A stretch of 64,000 nt of DNA from an uncultured bacterium (GTDB lineage Bacteria; Patescibacteriota; Microgenomatia; Levybacterales; UBA12049). This document shows positions 27,117 through 35,578 of the stretch, piece by piece; the first letter of the stretch is position 1; each line of letters begins with the position of its first letter. Position numbers and translations under genes: made by a program. The stretch is from NCBI GenBank assembly GCA_963826535.1, contig CAWGXL010000011.1, positions 803,521 to 867,520 on the forward strand. Direction: 5' to 3'. The notes beneath the pieces were generated by a model that ran no database searches, had not been told where the DNA came from, and worked only from the letters and a program-made list of their open reading frames with translations.

Positions 27117-28346
27117 ATGAATCTTTCTGTTGGGATAGTCGGATTACCAAACGTAGGAAAATCTACTTTGTTTAATGCGCTTTTGAAGAAGCAGCAGGCG
27201 TTGGCGGCGAATTATCCGTTTGCTACTATTGAGCCGAATGTGGGTGTGGTGGCGGTGGCGGATTCGCGGTTGGAGAGGTTGGCGGAGATTGTGGCAGAGG
27301 AGATGCGGGGTCCTGTCGCTCCCTCGTCCCGTCCGATGTCCTCGGTCGCAGGCTCCCTGCGGGCACTCGACGGGACACCCTCCGGTCGCGCCACCCCTTC
27401 TTTACCTCCGATAAAGCCGGCGATGATTTCTTTTGTGGATATTGCGGGGCTTGTGAAGGGGGCTTCGGAGGGGGCGGGGTTGGGGAATAAGTTTTTGTCG
27501 CATATTCGGGAGGTTAGGATTATTGCGCATGTTGTGCGGGCTTTTTCAGACGCGGATGTGGTGCGGGAGGGGAGTGTGGATCCTCAGAATGATTATATAA
27601 CTATAGGGACAGAGTTGATTCTTGCGGATTTGCAGACGGTTGAGAAGCAGCGGAAGAGTAAGGCGGTGAAGACTGATGTGGTGAAGAAGTTGGCGATTGA
27701 GAAATTGTATAAGGCATTAAATCAGGGAAATGCTGCGAGGGAAGTTGTATTGACAGATGAAGAAAAAGAATCAATTAGTGATTTATTTTTGTTATCAGGT
27801 AAGGCGGAAGTTATTGTTCTTAATGTTTCGGAGCAGGATTATACAAAAGATAAAATTCCTGAGATTATAAAAAAATATTCTGAATATTTTCAAGGTGGTA
27901 GTTCGTCGACCTCACCCCAACACTCTCCTAATAGGAGAGGGAGTAATTCTATGATTGTCATATGCGCGAAAATTGAGTCGGAACTTTCGGAGTTGTCGGA
28001 GGAGGAACAGAAGGAATATTTAAAAGGATTGGGTCTCACGCAATCGGGATTGGAGCGATTGATTCAAAAGGCTTATGAAACTTTGGGACTTATATCTTTT
28101 TTGACAGCGGGGGAGAAAGAGGTGAGAGCTTGGACTATAAGAAAAGGTATAAGCGCGCAAATGGCGGCGGGGGAGATTCATACGGATTTTATTAAGAAGT
28201 TTATTAAGGCGGAAGTTGTGGGATATGATGACTTTGTTGAAGTAGGCGGGTGGAAGAAGGCAAGGGAGCAAGGGAGGGCGAGGCAAGAGGGAAGGGATTA
28301 TTTGATGAAGGACGGGGATGTAGTGGAGTTTAAAATAGGAACTTAG
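27117..28346 (+). CDS. ychF: Ribosome-binding ATPase YchF (Obg-like GTPase family) with in-frame insertions
   Basis: G1 [18 protein letters not shown]3 [28 protein letters not shown]-terminal TGS domain. 409 aa versus about 363 typical: extra GC-rich segment 27307-27398 and palindromic segment around 27923-27939. Confidence 0.85.
   Translation: MNLSVGIVGLPNVGKSTLFNALLKKQQALAANYPFATIEPNVGVVAVADSRLERLAEIVAEEMRGPVAPSSRPMSSVAGSLRALDGTPSGRATPSLPPIKPAMISFVDIAGLVKGASEGAGLGNKFLSHIREVRIIAHVVRAFSDADVVREGSVDPQNDYITIGTELILADLQTVEKQRKSKAVKTDVVKKLAIEKLYKALNQGNAAREVVLTDEEKESISDLFLLSGKAEVIVLNVSEQDYTKDKIPEIIKKYSEYFQGGSSSTSPQHSPNRRGSNSMIVICAKIESELSELSEEEQKEYLKGLGLTQSGLERLIQKAYETLGLISFLTAGEKEVRAWTIRKGISAQMAAGEIHTDFIKKFIKAEVVGYDDFVEVGGWKKAREQGRARQEGRDYLMKDGDVVEFKIGT
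27307..27398. repeat. GC-rich RPE-like element inserted in-frame within ychF
   Basis: Near-identical to 4461-4535 (2 mismatches over about 75 bp). Encodes [34 protein letters not shown] between conserved YchF segments EEMRG and [11 protein letters not shown]; no stop codons. Confidence 0.6.
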
Positions 28347-28717
28347 GGAGTTTGTCTAGATATAAGTCTTCTAAAAATTTGCCTTACCCTTCTTTCTCTT
28401 TTTGGAGTTTCTGCTTGAGGAGTTATTGCTGGAGGCTTGTCTAATTCTATGACTGTTGGTTTTCTTAACCCAGGCCATGCTCTTTCAATTTCGCTTCTAA
28501 CTAAGTTGAAATAGAAGTTTTTAGTTCTTTCGGAATATAGTCCTTCAAGTCCTCGCACAGCCTCATTTATTTGCTCTTCAGACAAGCCATGACCCTTTTC
28601 TCCATATATTTTTATCACGTCTTCCTTTTCGCGTGGTGATAGATGATTTAGTGCTGTAGGGGTATCTCTTTGTTCTGCTGACATAAGTTTTGGTATGATG
28701 CAAATATTATAATTCAA
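28343..28717 (-). CDS. Hypothetical protein
   Basis: 124 aa ORF convergent with ychF (4-nt overlap); likely start at internal MSAEQRD. Confidence 0.35.
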   Translation of the reverse strand: MNYNICIIPKLMSAEQRDTPTALNHLSPREKEDVIKIYGEKGHGLSEEQINEAVRGLEGLYSERTKNFYFNLVRSEIERAWPGLRKPTVIELDKPPAITPQAETPKRERRVRQIFRRLISRQTP

Positions 28718-28798
28718 ATATTTATAGTGTCAAGCTGGTGTGTCTTATAGTACAATTCCTCTTGAGAGCAAACGCGAGTCTATGTTACAATAGCAGAC

Positions 28799-29077
28799 AT
28801 GAGAAGTTATGATTTGGTAGTTGTTTTGCGGCCGTCATTGGATGATAAACTGAGAAAGAAATTGATTGATGGGTTTAAGACAATACTTAAGGACATGAAG
28901 TTTACCAAAGAGGAAGAGTGGGGACAGAAGCCTCTGGCATATGTTATAAAAAAAGAAGTTGCAGGTTATTATTACCTTTATAAATTTGAGACTGAGAACA
29001 CAATCCCGGCGGGGTTTGAGCAAAAGCTCATGGCGCAGGATAATATATTGAGACACTTATTATTGAGGACAAAATAG
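28799..29077 (+). CDS. rpsF: 30S ribosomal protein S6
   Basis: MRSYDLVVVLRPSLDD... canonical S6 N-terminus; rpsF-ssb-rpsR order. Confidence 0.85.
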   Translation: MRSYDLVVVLRPSLDDKLRKKLIDGFKTILKDMKFTKEEEWGQKPLAYVIKKEVAGYYYLYKFETENTIPAGFEQKLMAQDNILRHLLLRTK

Positions 29078-29196
29078 TTAAAAGTTCAAAGTGCAAAGTT
29101 AAAAGTTAAGGAATATTTTATAAACAGTCTTTCATTAATAATAATTTTGAATTTTTCACTTTTAATTTTGAATTTGAGCGACTGAAAGGAGCGATT

Positions 29197-29748
29197 ATGG
29201 CTAAGAGTTTGAATAGGGCACAGTTGATCGGGAATTTGACACGGGATCCGGAGTTGAGATATACGCCTAACGGAAAGGCGGTTTGTAGTTTTGCGATTGC
29301 AACCAATAGATCTTGGACAACAGAGACGGGTGAGAAAAGGGATGAAGTGGATTTTCATAATATTGTTGCTTGGGGTAAGTTGGCCGAGATTTGTAGTCAA
29401 TATCTTGTCAAAGGACGAAAAGCATATGTTGAGGGTAGATTGACCACGCGGTCATGGGCAGGACAGGACGGTCAACAGAAAACGCGCACGGAAATTGTTA
29501 TTAATGATATGCTTATTTTAGATAATAAGGGAGGGGCTGTCACAGGTCAGGGCACCGAAAGCCCCCCACAACGCCCACGCTCCGAGGGGCAAGCCGGTGA
29601 GGCGAGGCCCGCTTCCGCTAAAAGCATTGGCGATGCGAAGAAGAAAACTGTGAGTAAGCAGAAGGCTGAATCCGAAGAACAAGGCGAGGAGCAAGCTCCG
29701 GCTGAGAAATCGGAGGAAGAAGTGTCACCAGAGGATATACCTTTTTAA
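29197..29748 (+). CDS. ssb: Single-stranded DNA-binding protein
   Basis: LNRAQLIGNLTRDPELRYTPNGKAVCSFAIATNR... OB fold; acidic C-terminal tail ending DIPF. Confidence 0.85.
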   Translation: MAKSLNRAQLIGNLTRDPELRYTPNGKAVCSFAIATNRSWTTETGEKRDEVDFHNIVAWGKLAEICSQYLVKGRKAYVEGRLTTRSWAGQDGQQKTRTEIVINDMLILDNKGGAVTGQGTESPPQRPRSEGQAGEARPASAKSIGDAKKKTVSKQKAESEEQGEEQAPAEKSEEEVSPEDIPF

Positions 29749-29898
29749 ACAAATTTTAAGCACGAATATCGAAGCACGAAATTCGAAACAATGACAAAAA
29801 TATAAATGACCAAATTCTCGAAACGTTTTTGTTATTTGTATTTTGAACATTTGAATTTGTTTCGGATTTCGATATTCGAATTTCGAATTTTTTAGAAT

Positions 29899-30147
29899 AT
29901 GGCAGAGAGAACTAGGCAGACAAAAAGAAGAAGAGTTGTATCAGTACCACAGGAATGTTATTTCTGTAAAGAAAAAATAGTTCCTCTATATTCCGATATT
30001 TCTGTTTTGCAACGGTATACCACTGATCGTGGAAAAATTATGGGGCGGTCACGGAGTGGTACTTGCGCAAAACACCAGAGAAGGCTCACTTCGAACATTA
30101 AATATGCGCGTCATCTGGCTCTTCTACCATTCGTTGGAGGAGAATAA
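29899..30147 (+). CDS. rpsR: 30S ribosomal protein S18
   Basis: 82 aa; CYFCKEKI...DYKNVSLLQRY-type S18 core. Confidence 0.85.
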   Translation: MAERTRQTKRRRVVSVPQECYFCKEKIVPLYSDISVLQRYTTDRGKIMGRSRSGTCAKHQRRLTSNIKYARHLALLPFVGGE

Positions 30148-30235
30148 ATAAATTCAAAATTCAAAATTACAAATTCCAAATAATATCAAAATTCTAATTT
30201 CCAAAATTCAAAACGTTTTGGATTTATGAATTTAA
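30136..30235. repeat. AT-rich repeat shared with 51921-52015 (about 90 bp), part of a large imperfect palindrome centred on AAAACGTTTT
   Basis: aataaattcaaaattcaaa..aaattccaaataatatcaaaattc.aat...aaaacgtttt is near-identical at both loci; the 30250-30330 arm is the reverse complement. Confidence 0.6.
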
Positions 30236-30332
30236 ATATTTGTCCCGCAAGGGGATCAAGAAATTTATTGGAATTTGGTGCTTTGGATTTGAGATTTATA
30301 AGTTGGTTTATTTTTGAATTGTAAATTGAATC

Positions 30333-30890
30333 ATGACTTCCCTGCCTGTTATTCTTTCTTCCGGTGTTGAATCTATTGTCAAAGCAGGTGATATTGTCAA
30401 TGCAGGGCAGATAATCGCTAAGAAAGCAACTCGGACAGATTATATTGTTAATCTTGCTCACGAATTTTCCTCCTCTATAGAAAAAGTACGGAAAACCTTA
30501 CGAAAAAACCCGGGGGATAACGTAAAAGAGGGAGATGTACTGGCTGTCAAAAAGAATTTTTTTAACTTGAGTGAGGAAAAGCTGTTAAGTCGCGTTTCAG
30601 GAACCATTTTAAGATATGAGCGCGATACCGGTAATTTAATCATTTCCCGAATTCCTCAGGGAAATTTTCCGGATATAGTTTCACCTGTTGATGGAACTGT
30701 TAGTATATGCGATAATGATAAAATTGTCATAAGCACTGACAAAGATGTTTATTCAGGGAGAAAGGGTAGCGGAGGTAGTGTGACCGGCGAAGTTTTTATT
30801 CTGGATGGCGCTTTCTCGAAAGACGGGGATTCGGGGGGAGCGCGATATCTTTGTACTATGATTTGGATAGCCGCGCGGTTGAAAAAATAG
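30333..30890 (+). CDS. Hypothetical protein
   Basis: 185 aa ORF; overlaps next ORF (TTG start) in another frame - possibly one frameshifted gene. Confidence 0.3.
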   Translation: MTSLPVILSSGVESIVKAGDIVNAGQIIAKKATRTDYIVNLAHEFSSSIEKVRKTLRKNPGDNVKEGDVLAVKKNFFNLSEEKLLSRVSGTILRYERDTGNLIISRIPQGNFPDIVSPVDGTVSICDNDKIVISTDKDVYSGRKGSGGSVTGEVFILDGAFSKDGDSGGARYLCTMIWIAARLKK

Positions 30891-31123
30891 TTATTGGAAG
30901 AAATTTTCGCCGCGATCTACTAATTAAGTGCATTGGGATGGGAGCGATTGGAATAGTTGGTACCGAGATCAGAGATGAAGATATTGAATATCTAATTCAA
31001 CGTAACATGCGGGTACCCATCATAGAGGTAGACAATAATACAATAGAACAGACAATACAATGGAAAGGCAAGAGATTTTACCTGAACAGCCAAGAAAAAG
31101 TAATAATATTCCTTCACGCTTAA
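30851..31123 (+). CDS. Hypothetical protein (TTG start)
   Basis: 90 aa; GMGAIGIVGTE glycine-rich motif. Confidence 0.25.
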   Translation: MYYDLDSRAVEKIVIGRNFRRDLLIKCIGMGAIGIVGTEIRDEDIEYLIQRNMRVPIIEVDNNTIEQTIQWKGKRFYLNSQEKVIIFLHA

Positions 31124-32376
31124 GAGTGTTTCTTTTGGTTGTTATAGCAGGATTAATCGGGTATTATCTTGGTGTAACAAAGATAGCGATAGACCTCCGA
31201 AATTATCAGCCACATATTGAAGTCACCAGTAAAGCACCACCACCTTCTGCGAGTAATGTTGATTTTGGCCGCGTTTGGGCAGTTATGCAGAAATTGGAGT
31301 CTACCTACTATGATAAAAAAGCAATAGATGGGGAGAGGTTTCTTAATGGTGCGGTAGAGGGGGTAGTAAATAGTTTGGATGATCCATATACTGTGTATTT
31401 GCCGCCTGCGAAAAATAATGATTTCAAACAAGGGTTAGCAGGAAAGTTTGAGGGGATTGGCGCAGAACTTGGCATGAAAGGAAAACAGATTATTGTAGTC
31501 GCTCCGCTTGACGGCAGTCCTGCCCAAAAAGCAGGTTTGCAGCCCGGGGATGCGATTCTTAAAGTAAACGCGGAATTTACAAATGGTTGGACACTAAGCC
31601 AGGCGGTAGATAAGATCAGAGGTGAGAAGGGGACAGAGGTGACTTTAACTATTTTGCATCAGTCAGATGCAAAACCGAAAGAGATTAAATTGACCCGGGA
31701 TACTATAACTATCAAAAGTGTTACCACTTGGGTTAAAAGCGTAAAGGATATTGATGGAATAAAACCACAGGCAGCTGGGCTTAAGAATTTTCAGGATACA
31801 AAAGTTGTATATATTCGATTGTCACAATTTGGGGATAGCACAAATAAGGAATGGCAAAATGTAGCGACACAAGTTGACCGCACTCTTAAGGCAGATAAAG
31901 ATATTAGAGGTGTTATTTTGGACTTGAGGAATAATCCGGGAGGATATCTTACAGATTCTGTTTATATAGCATCTGAATTTATCCGGGACGGGACAGTTGT
32001 CAGTCAAGAAGACCGGAACGGAGATAGAACTTCGTATAAAGTAACAGGCCGCGGATTATTATTAGATGTACCGTTGATAGTTCTTGTTAATAAAGGATCG
32101 GCATCAGCAAGTGAGATTGTAGCAGGTGCTATGCAGGATCATACACGTGCAAAGTTGATCGGAGAGATTACTTTTGGAAAAGGAACTATCCAGCAAGCAG
32201 AGGATCTGGGTGGAGGGGCCGGTCTTCATATCACAATCGCGAAATGGCTCACGCCGGACGGAAACTGGGTACACTTGAAAGGCCTCACGCCGGATATCTT
32301 GGTCGATCCGGATAGTAAAGATCCATCTCATGATATACAGCTTGAGAAAGCAGTTGAGGAATTGGTGAAAGAATAG
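31060..32376 (+). CDS. S41 family C-terminal processing peptidase (CtpA-like) with PDZ domain
   Basis: N-terminal TM anchor; PDZ (GIGAELGMKGKQIIVVAPLDGSPAQKAGLQPGDAILKVN); S41 core (LDLRNNPGG, catalytic SASASE...GKGT). Confidence 0.8.
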   Translation: MERQEILPEQPRKSNNIPSRLRVFLLVVIAGLIGYYLGVTKIAIDLRNYQPHIEVTSKAPPPSASNVDFGRVWAVMQKLESTYYDKKAIDGERFLNGAVEGVVNSLDDPYTVYLPPAKNNDFKQGLAGKFEGIGAELGMKGKQIIVVAPLDGSPAQKAGLQPGDAILKVNAEFTNGWTLSQAVDKIRGEKGTEVTLTILHQSDAKPKEIKLTRDTITIKSVTTWVKSVKDIDGIKPQAAGLKNFQDTKVVYIRLSQFGDSTNKEWQNVATQVDRTLKADKDIRGVILDLRNNPGGYLTDSVYIASEFIRDGTVVSQEDRNGDRTSYKVTGRGLLLDVPLIVLVNKGSASASEIVAGAMQDHTRAKLIGEITFGKGTIQQAEDLGGGAGLHITIAKWLTPDGNWVHLKGLTPDILVDPDSKDPSHDIQLEKAVEELVKE

Positions 32377-32513
32377 TTTAAAGTTCAAAATGCAAAGTTC
32401 AAAATTAAAGTTAATAATTTAAAGTTATCCATCAATTTTGAATTTTAAATTGCAACATTTCATTTTAACTTTGAAGTTTAGATCCCCATTGGGGACACTA
32501 TTAATTTGTTTCT

Positions 32514-33671
32514 ATGCGAAGACTTATTATTTTAATTGTTATTCTTGTACTTATTTTAGGTGCAACGAGTGTGGTACAGAGGTATGTTCCTGCTTTGAAT
32601 AATTTAATCCGGGATAATTCAAAGATTGTTATACCTCAGAGAGAGGCTGTAAAAATAGTTTCCGAGGAATCGATAACCATTGGCATTGTCAAGAAAGCGG
32701 GTGAGTCGGTTGTGACTATTTCAGAAGAGCGCGAACCCAGTTCAAATTTAAATCCTTATTTTGATTTCGGTCCTTTTGGTTTTCAGATTCCCGGTCAAGA
32801 AGAACTGCAACCGCAACAACCACAGAGCATTGGTTCAGGATTTGTTATTTCAAAGGAAGGGATGATTGTGACAAATAAGCATGTTGTAAGTGACTTACAA
32901 GTGAAGTATTTTATTATCACAAGTAGTGATAAAAAATATACAGTGCAGAAAATTTACCGTGATCCATTAAATGATGTCGCGCTTATACAAATTGACCTTA
33001 ATGAAAACCCGGGAGCAATTCTTAAGCCCATTGATTTGGGCGACTCTACTGATTTACAGGTTGGTCAATATGTTGCGGCAATTGGTACAGCGCTTGGTGA
33101 ATTCCGTAATACAGTTACAACCGGGATAATTTCAGGTTTGGGGCGGGGGATTACAGCAGGTAGTTTTTATGAAGGATCTGTTGAGCGGCTTGATAATGTT
33201 ATACAAACCGATGCGGCAATCAATCCAGGTAATAGCGGAGGACCACTTTTGAATTCTACAGGTCAGGTGATTGGAGTGAATACAGCGGTTTCGGCTAGCG
33301 GACAGAATATTGGTTTCGCGATTCCTATAAATGTTATTAAGGATTCGCTGAATAATTTCAATCAGACAGGACAATTTAACAGGCCGTATTTAGGTATTGC
33401 ATATAGATTTATTTCCAAAGATATTGCAATATTAAATGATCTGCCTGAGGGAGCGTATGTCCAGAATGTCGTGCAGAGTTCGGCAGCGGATAAAGCCGGT
33501 GTGGAAACAGGAGATATAATTACTAAGATTGATGGGCAACAGATTGATGTGAGTAATCAGCTGTCATCTATTATTGCGAAGAAAAAAGTAGGAGACAGGA
33601 TAGCAATTTCTCTTTTCCGCGATGGAGAAATACAAGATATTCAAGTAGTGCTTGAATCGGTCACGGAATAA
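32514..33671 (+). CDS. HtrA/DegP family serine protease (trypsin-like + PDZ)
   Basis: TNKHVV (His), D in NDVALI, GNSGGPL (Ser), C-terminal PDZ (GDIITKIDGQQI). Confidence 0.85.
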   Translation: MRRLIILIVILVLILGATSVVQRYVPALNNLIRDNSKIVIPQREAVKIVSEESITIGIVKKAGESVVTISEEREPSSNLNPYFDFGPFGFQIPGQEELQPQQPQSIGSGFVISKEGMIVTNKHVVSDLQVKYFIITSSDKKYTVQKIYRDPLNDVALIQIDLNENPGAILKPIDLGDSTDLQVGQYVAAIGTALGEFRNTVTTGIISGLGRGITAGSFYEGSVERLDNVIQTDAAINPGNSGGPLLNSTGQVIGVNTAVSASGQNIGFAIPINVIKDSLNNFNQTGQFNRPYLGIAYRFISKDIAILNDLPEGAYVQNVVQSSAADKAGVETGDIITKIDGQQIDVSNQLSSIIAKKKVGDRIAISLFRDGEIQDIQVVLESVTE

Positions 33672-33737
33672 CAATTATTGATGGGTCTTGCAATTTTAGA
33701 TACTTAATATATAATAATATATAAGAAAGATATATAG

Positions 33738-33761
33738 ATTCCCGCCTTCGCGGGAATGACA
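33738..33761. repeat. 28-bp-family palindromic element, solo copy (ATTCCC-N8-GGGAAT core)
   Basis: attcccgccttcgcgggaatgaca; immediately upstream of the RBS of the 33772 gene. Confidence 0.6.
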
Positions 33762-33771
33762 GGGAAGGAAT

Positions 33772-34512
33772 ATGCCGAGAAAAACTGTAAACAATAATAC
33801 TACTAAAGAATCTAAAGCCGTATCTTCGAGTAAAGCTAAGAACTCAACCAATACTTTTGCAAGATCATCTCAGAAGCAACCGGTAAATAGTCAAGACAGT
33901 GAAAAAGCAACCGGTGGCAGGCGAGCAATAAGGGTTCATAGATCGTCTATTATTGTCGCCCTGGTTATTATTCTTTTGGGCGTGCTTTTGTATTTCGGGC
34001 GCGGATTTATAATCGCCGCGGTTGTGAACGGGCAGCCAATCAGCAGGTTCTCATTAATACAAGAGACAGAGAAAGCAAGCGGAAGACAAGCATTAGCTTC
34101 ATTGATCAGGAATGCATTGGTTGAACAGGAGGCTAGAAAACAAAATGTGACGATTAGTGAAAAGCAAATTAACGATCAAATTAAAACTATAGAAAATAAT
34201 TTATCAAAGCAGGGCCAGAAGATTGATCAGATGTTGGCTTTGGAGGGAATGACCAGGGATGATTTGCGCCGAATAATCCGTCTTGATTTATTAGTTACCA
34301 AACTGATTGAAAAAGATATTAAAATAACCGACAAGCAAGTTAATGATTATATTGAGAAAAATAAAGAAACATTACCCAAAGATAAAAGTGAAGCTCAATT
34401 GAAAAAAGAAGTTGCTGAGCAATTGAAAAAGGAGCAGCTTCCTCAGAAGGCGCAAGCATGGTTCGCGGAGCTTGAAAAAAAGGCAAATATTATGAAGTTT
34501 GTTGATTATTGA
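33772..34512 (+). CDS. SurA N-terminal-domain-like periplasmic chaperone (no PPIase domain recognised)
   Basis: N-terminal basic region + TM anchor, then LIRNALVEQEARKQNVTISEKQINDQIKTI... resembling SurA_N / PrsA N-domain. Confidence 0.45.
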   Translation: MPRKTVNNNTTKESKAVSSSKAKNSTNTFARSSQKQPVNSQDSEKATGGRRAIRVHRSSIIVALVIILLGVLLYFGRGFIIAAVVNGQPISRFSLIQETEKASGRQALASLIRNALVEQEARKQNVTISEKQINDQIKTIENNLSKQGQKIDQMLALEGMTRDDLRRIIRLDLLVTKLIEKDIKITDKQVNDYIEKNKETLPKDKSEAQLKKEVAEQLKKEQLPQKAQAWFAELEKKANIMKFVDY

Positions 34513-34588
34513 TTGAAGATTGAGTTATTTGTAATTTTTCCTCTAAGAATGTATACCCGAATAAAATCCAGTTGCCCTCACTCTTTTG

Positions 34589-34614
34589 TAATTCCCGCGA
34601 ACGCGGGAATCCAG
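34589..34614. repeat. Palindromic element, left copy flanking GIY-YIG gene
   Basis: taattcccgcgaacgcgggaatccag. Confidence 0.65.
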
Positions 34615-34637
34615 TAGAATATAAATAATTTTACCCT

Positions 34638-34922
34638 ATGTATTATATCTATATACTTGCATCAGCGAGAAATGGTACTTTATATATTGGCGTTACGAAT
34701 GACATAGTCCGTAGGGTTTGGGAACATAAAAATAATCTTGTTGAAGGTTTTACCAAAAAATATAGGATTCATACCCTTGTCTATTATGAATCTGTTGAAA
34801 ATAGTATAAGCGCTATTACACGGGAGAAACAACTTAAGAAATGGAATCGGTACTGGAAAATTAAATTAATCGAAGAAAACAATCCTGAATGGAAAGATCT
34901 TTATGATGAAATTATCAAATAA
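34638..34922 (+). CDS. Small stand-alone GIY-YIG nuclease family protein (UPF0213/YhbQ-like)
   Basis: YYIYILASARNGTLYIGVTNDIVRRVWEHK... GIY...YIG motif with Arg and Glu catalytic positions. Confidence 0.8.
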   Translation: MYYIYILASARNGTLYIGVTNDIVRRVWEHKNNLVEGFTKKYRIHTLVYYESVENSISAITREKQLKKWNRYWKIKLIEENNPEWKDLYDEIIK

Positions 34923-34944
34923 GAGGTTTGAATTATTATACCTT

Positions 34945-34972
34945 CTGGATTCCCCTGTCCAGGGGAATGACA
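34945..34972. repeat. Palindromic element, right copy flanking GIY-YIG gene (inverted relative to left copy)
   Basis: ctggattcccctgtccaggggaatgaca = reverse complement of the 39579 copy. Confidence 0.65.
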
Positions 34973-35015
34973 ATCTATTTGCTGCAAGCAGTGAGGAATT
35001 AAACTTTAAAATAGA

Positions 35016-35228
35016 TTAAACATGATGATGCCTATCGGTGTCCCAGGGATCCCGAGGCTTGTCTCCGGGTTCAAAAGGCTTAAGTTTTACTTTCGTGACT
35101 GGTTTAATTGGTGTCATTTCTTGTTGAGTTTTATGAGCGGTAACTGAAGGTAGAATATCTTTCCCGCGAGCCGCCTGACCTCTATCGGTTATGTGTCTAT
35201 CCATACCTGTTCTTCTTCCCGTTTCCAT
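35016..35228 (-). CDS. Hypothetical small protein
   Basis: 70 aa ORF, basic and His-rich C-terminus; weak. Confidence 0.25.
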   Translation of the reverse strand: METGRRTGMDRHITDRGQAARGKDILPSVTAHKTQQEMTPIKPVTKVKLKPFEPGDKPRDPWDTDRHHHV

Positions 35229-35416
35229 AATTGAAGAGAATATATCATAGATACAATCTGATTGTCAAACAATTTTTTATACTGTGATGCTATAGAGCAG
35301 GTTAGAATATATCAGACATCTTATTGCTTTTTATAAGCTCAAAGTGGTTTTTTAATTTGGTCTCTTGACAAAGCTCGGGTTGTTTTGTGTATTATATATA
35401 GAGAGGTGGTGATAGG

Positions 35417-35578
35417 ATGAAAAAAAAGAGAACGGTAAAATCAAATAGAGTTAAAAACGTTAAGAGTTATGCGCTGGGAGGAAGTAAAAAAAAGTTATAT
35501 GGAATAGATCATGATTTTATTTTAATTGTAGGAGGGGCATTTGTGCTGGTTATACTTGGTTTAATGTTTCTTTCTTGA
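35417..35578 (+). CDS. Small basic membrane peptide (53 aa)
   Basis: MKKKRTVKSNRVKNVKSYALGGSKKKLYGIDHDFILIVGGAFVLVILGLMFLS. Preceded by TTGACA-17nt-TATTAT promoter (35367-35397) and GAGAGGTGGTG RBS; below ORF-track cut-off; 3' end overlaps the convergent nuclease gene. Confidence 0.4.
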   Translation: MKKKRTVKSNRVKNVKSYALGGSKKKLYGIDHDFILIVGGAFVLVILGLMFLS

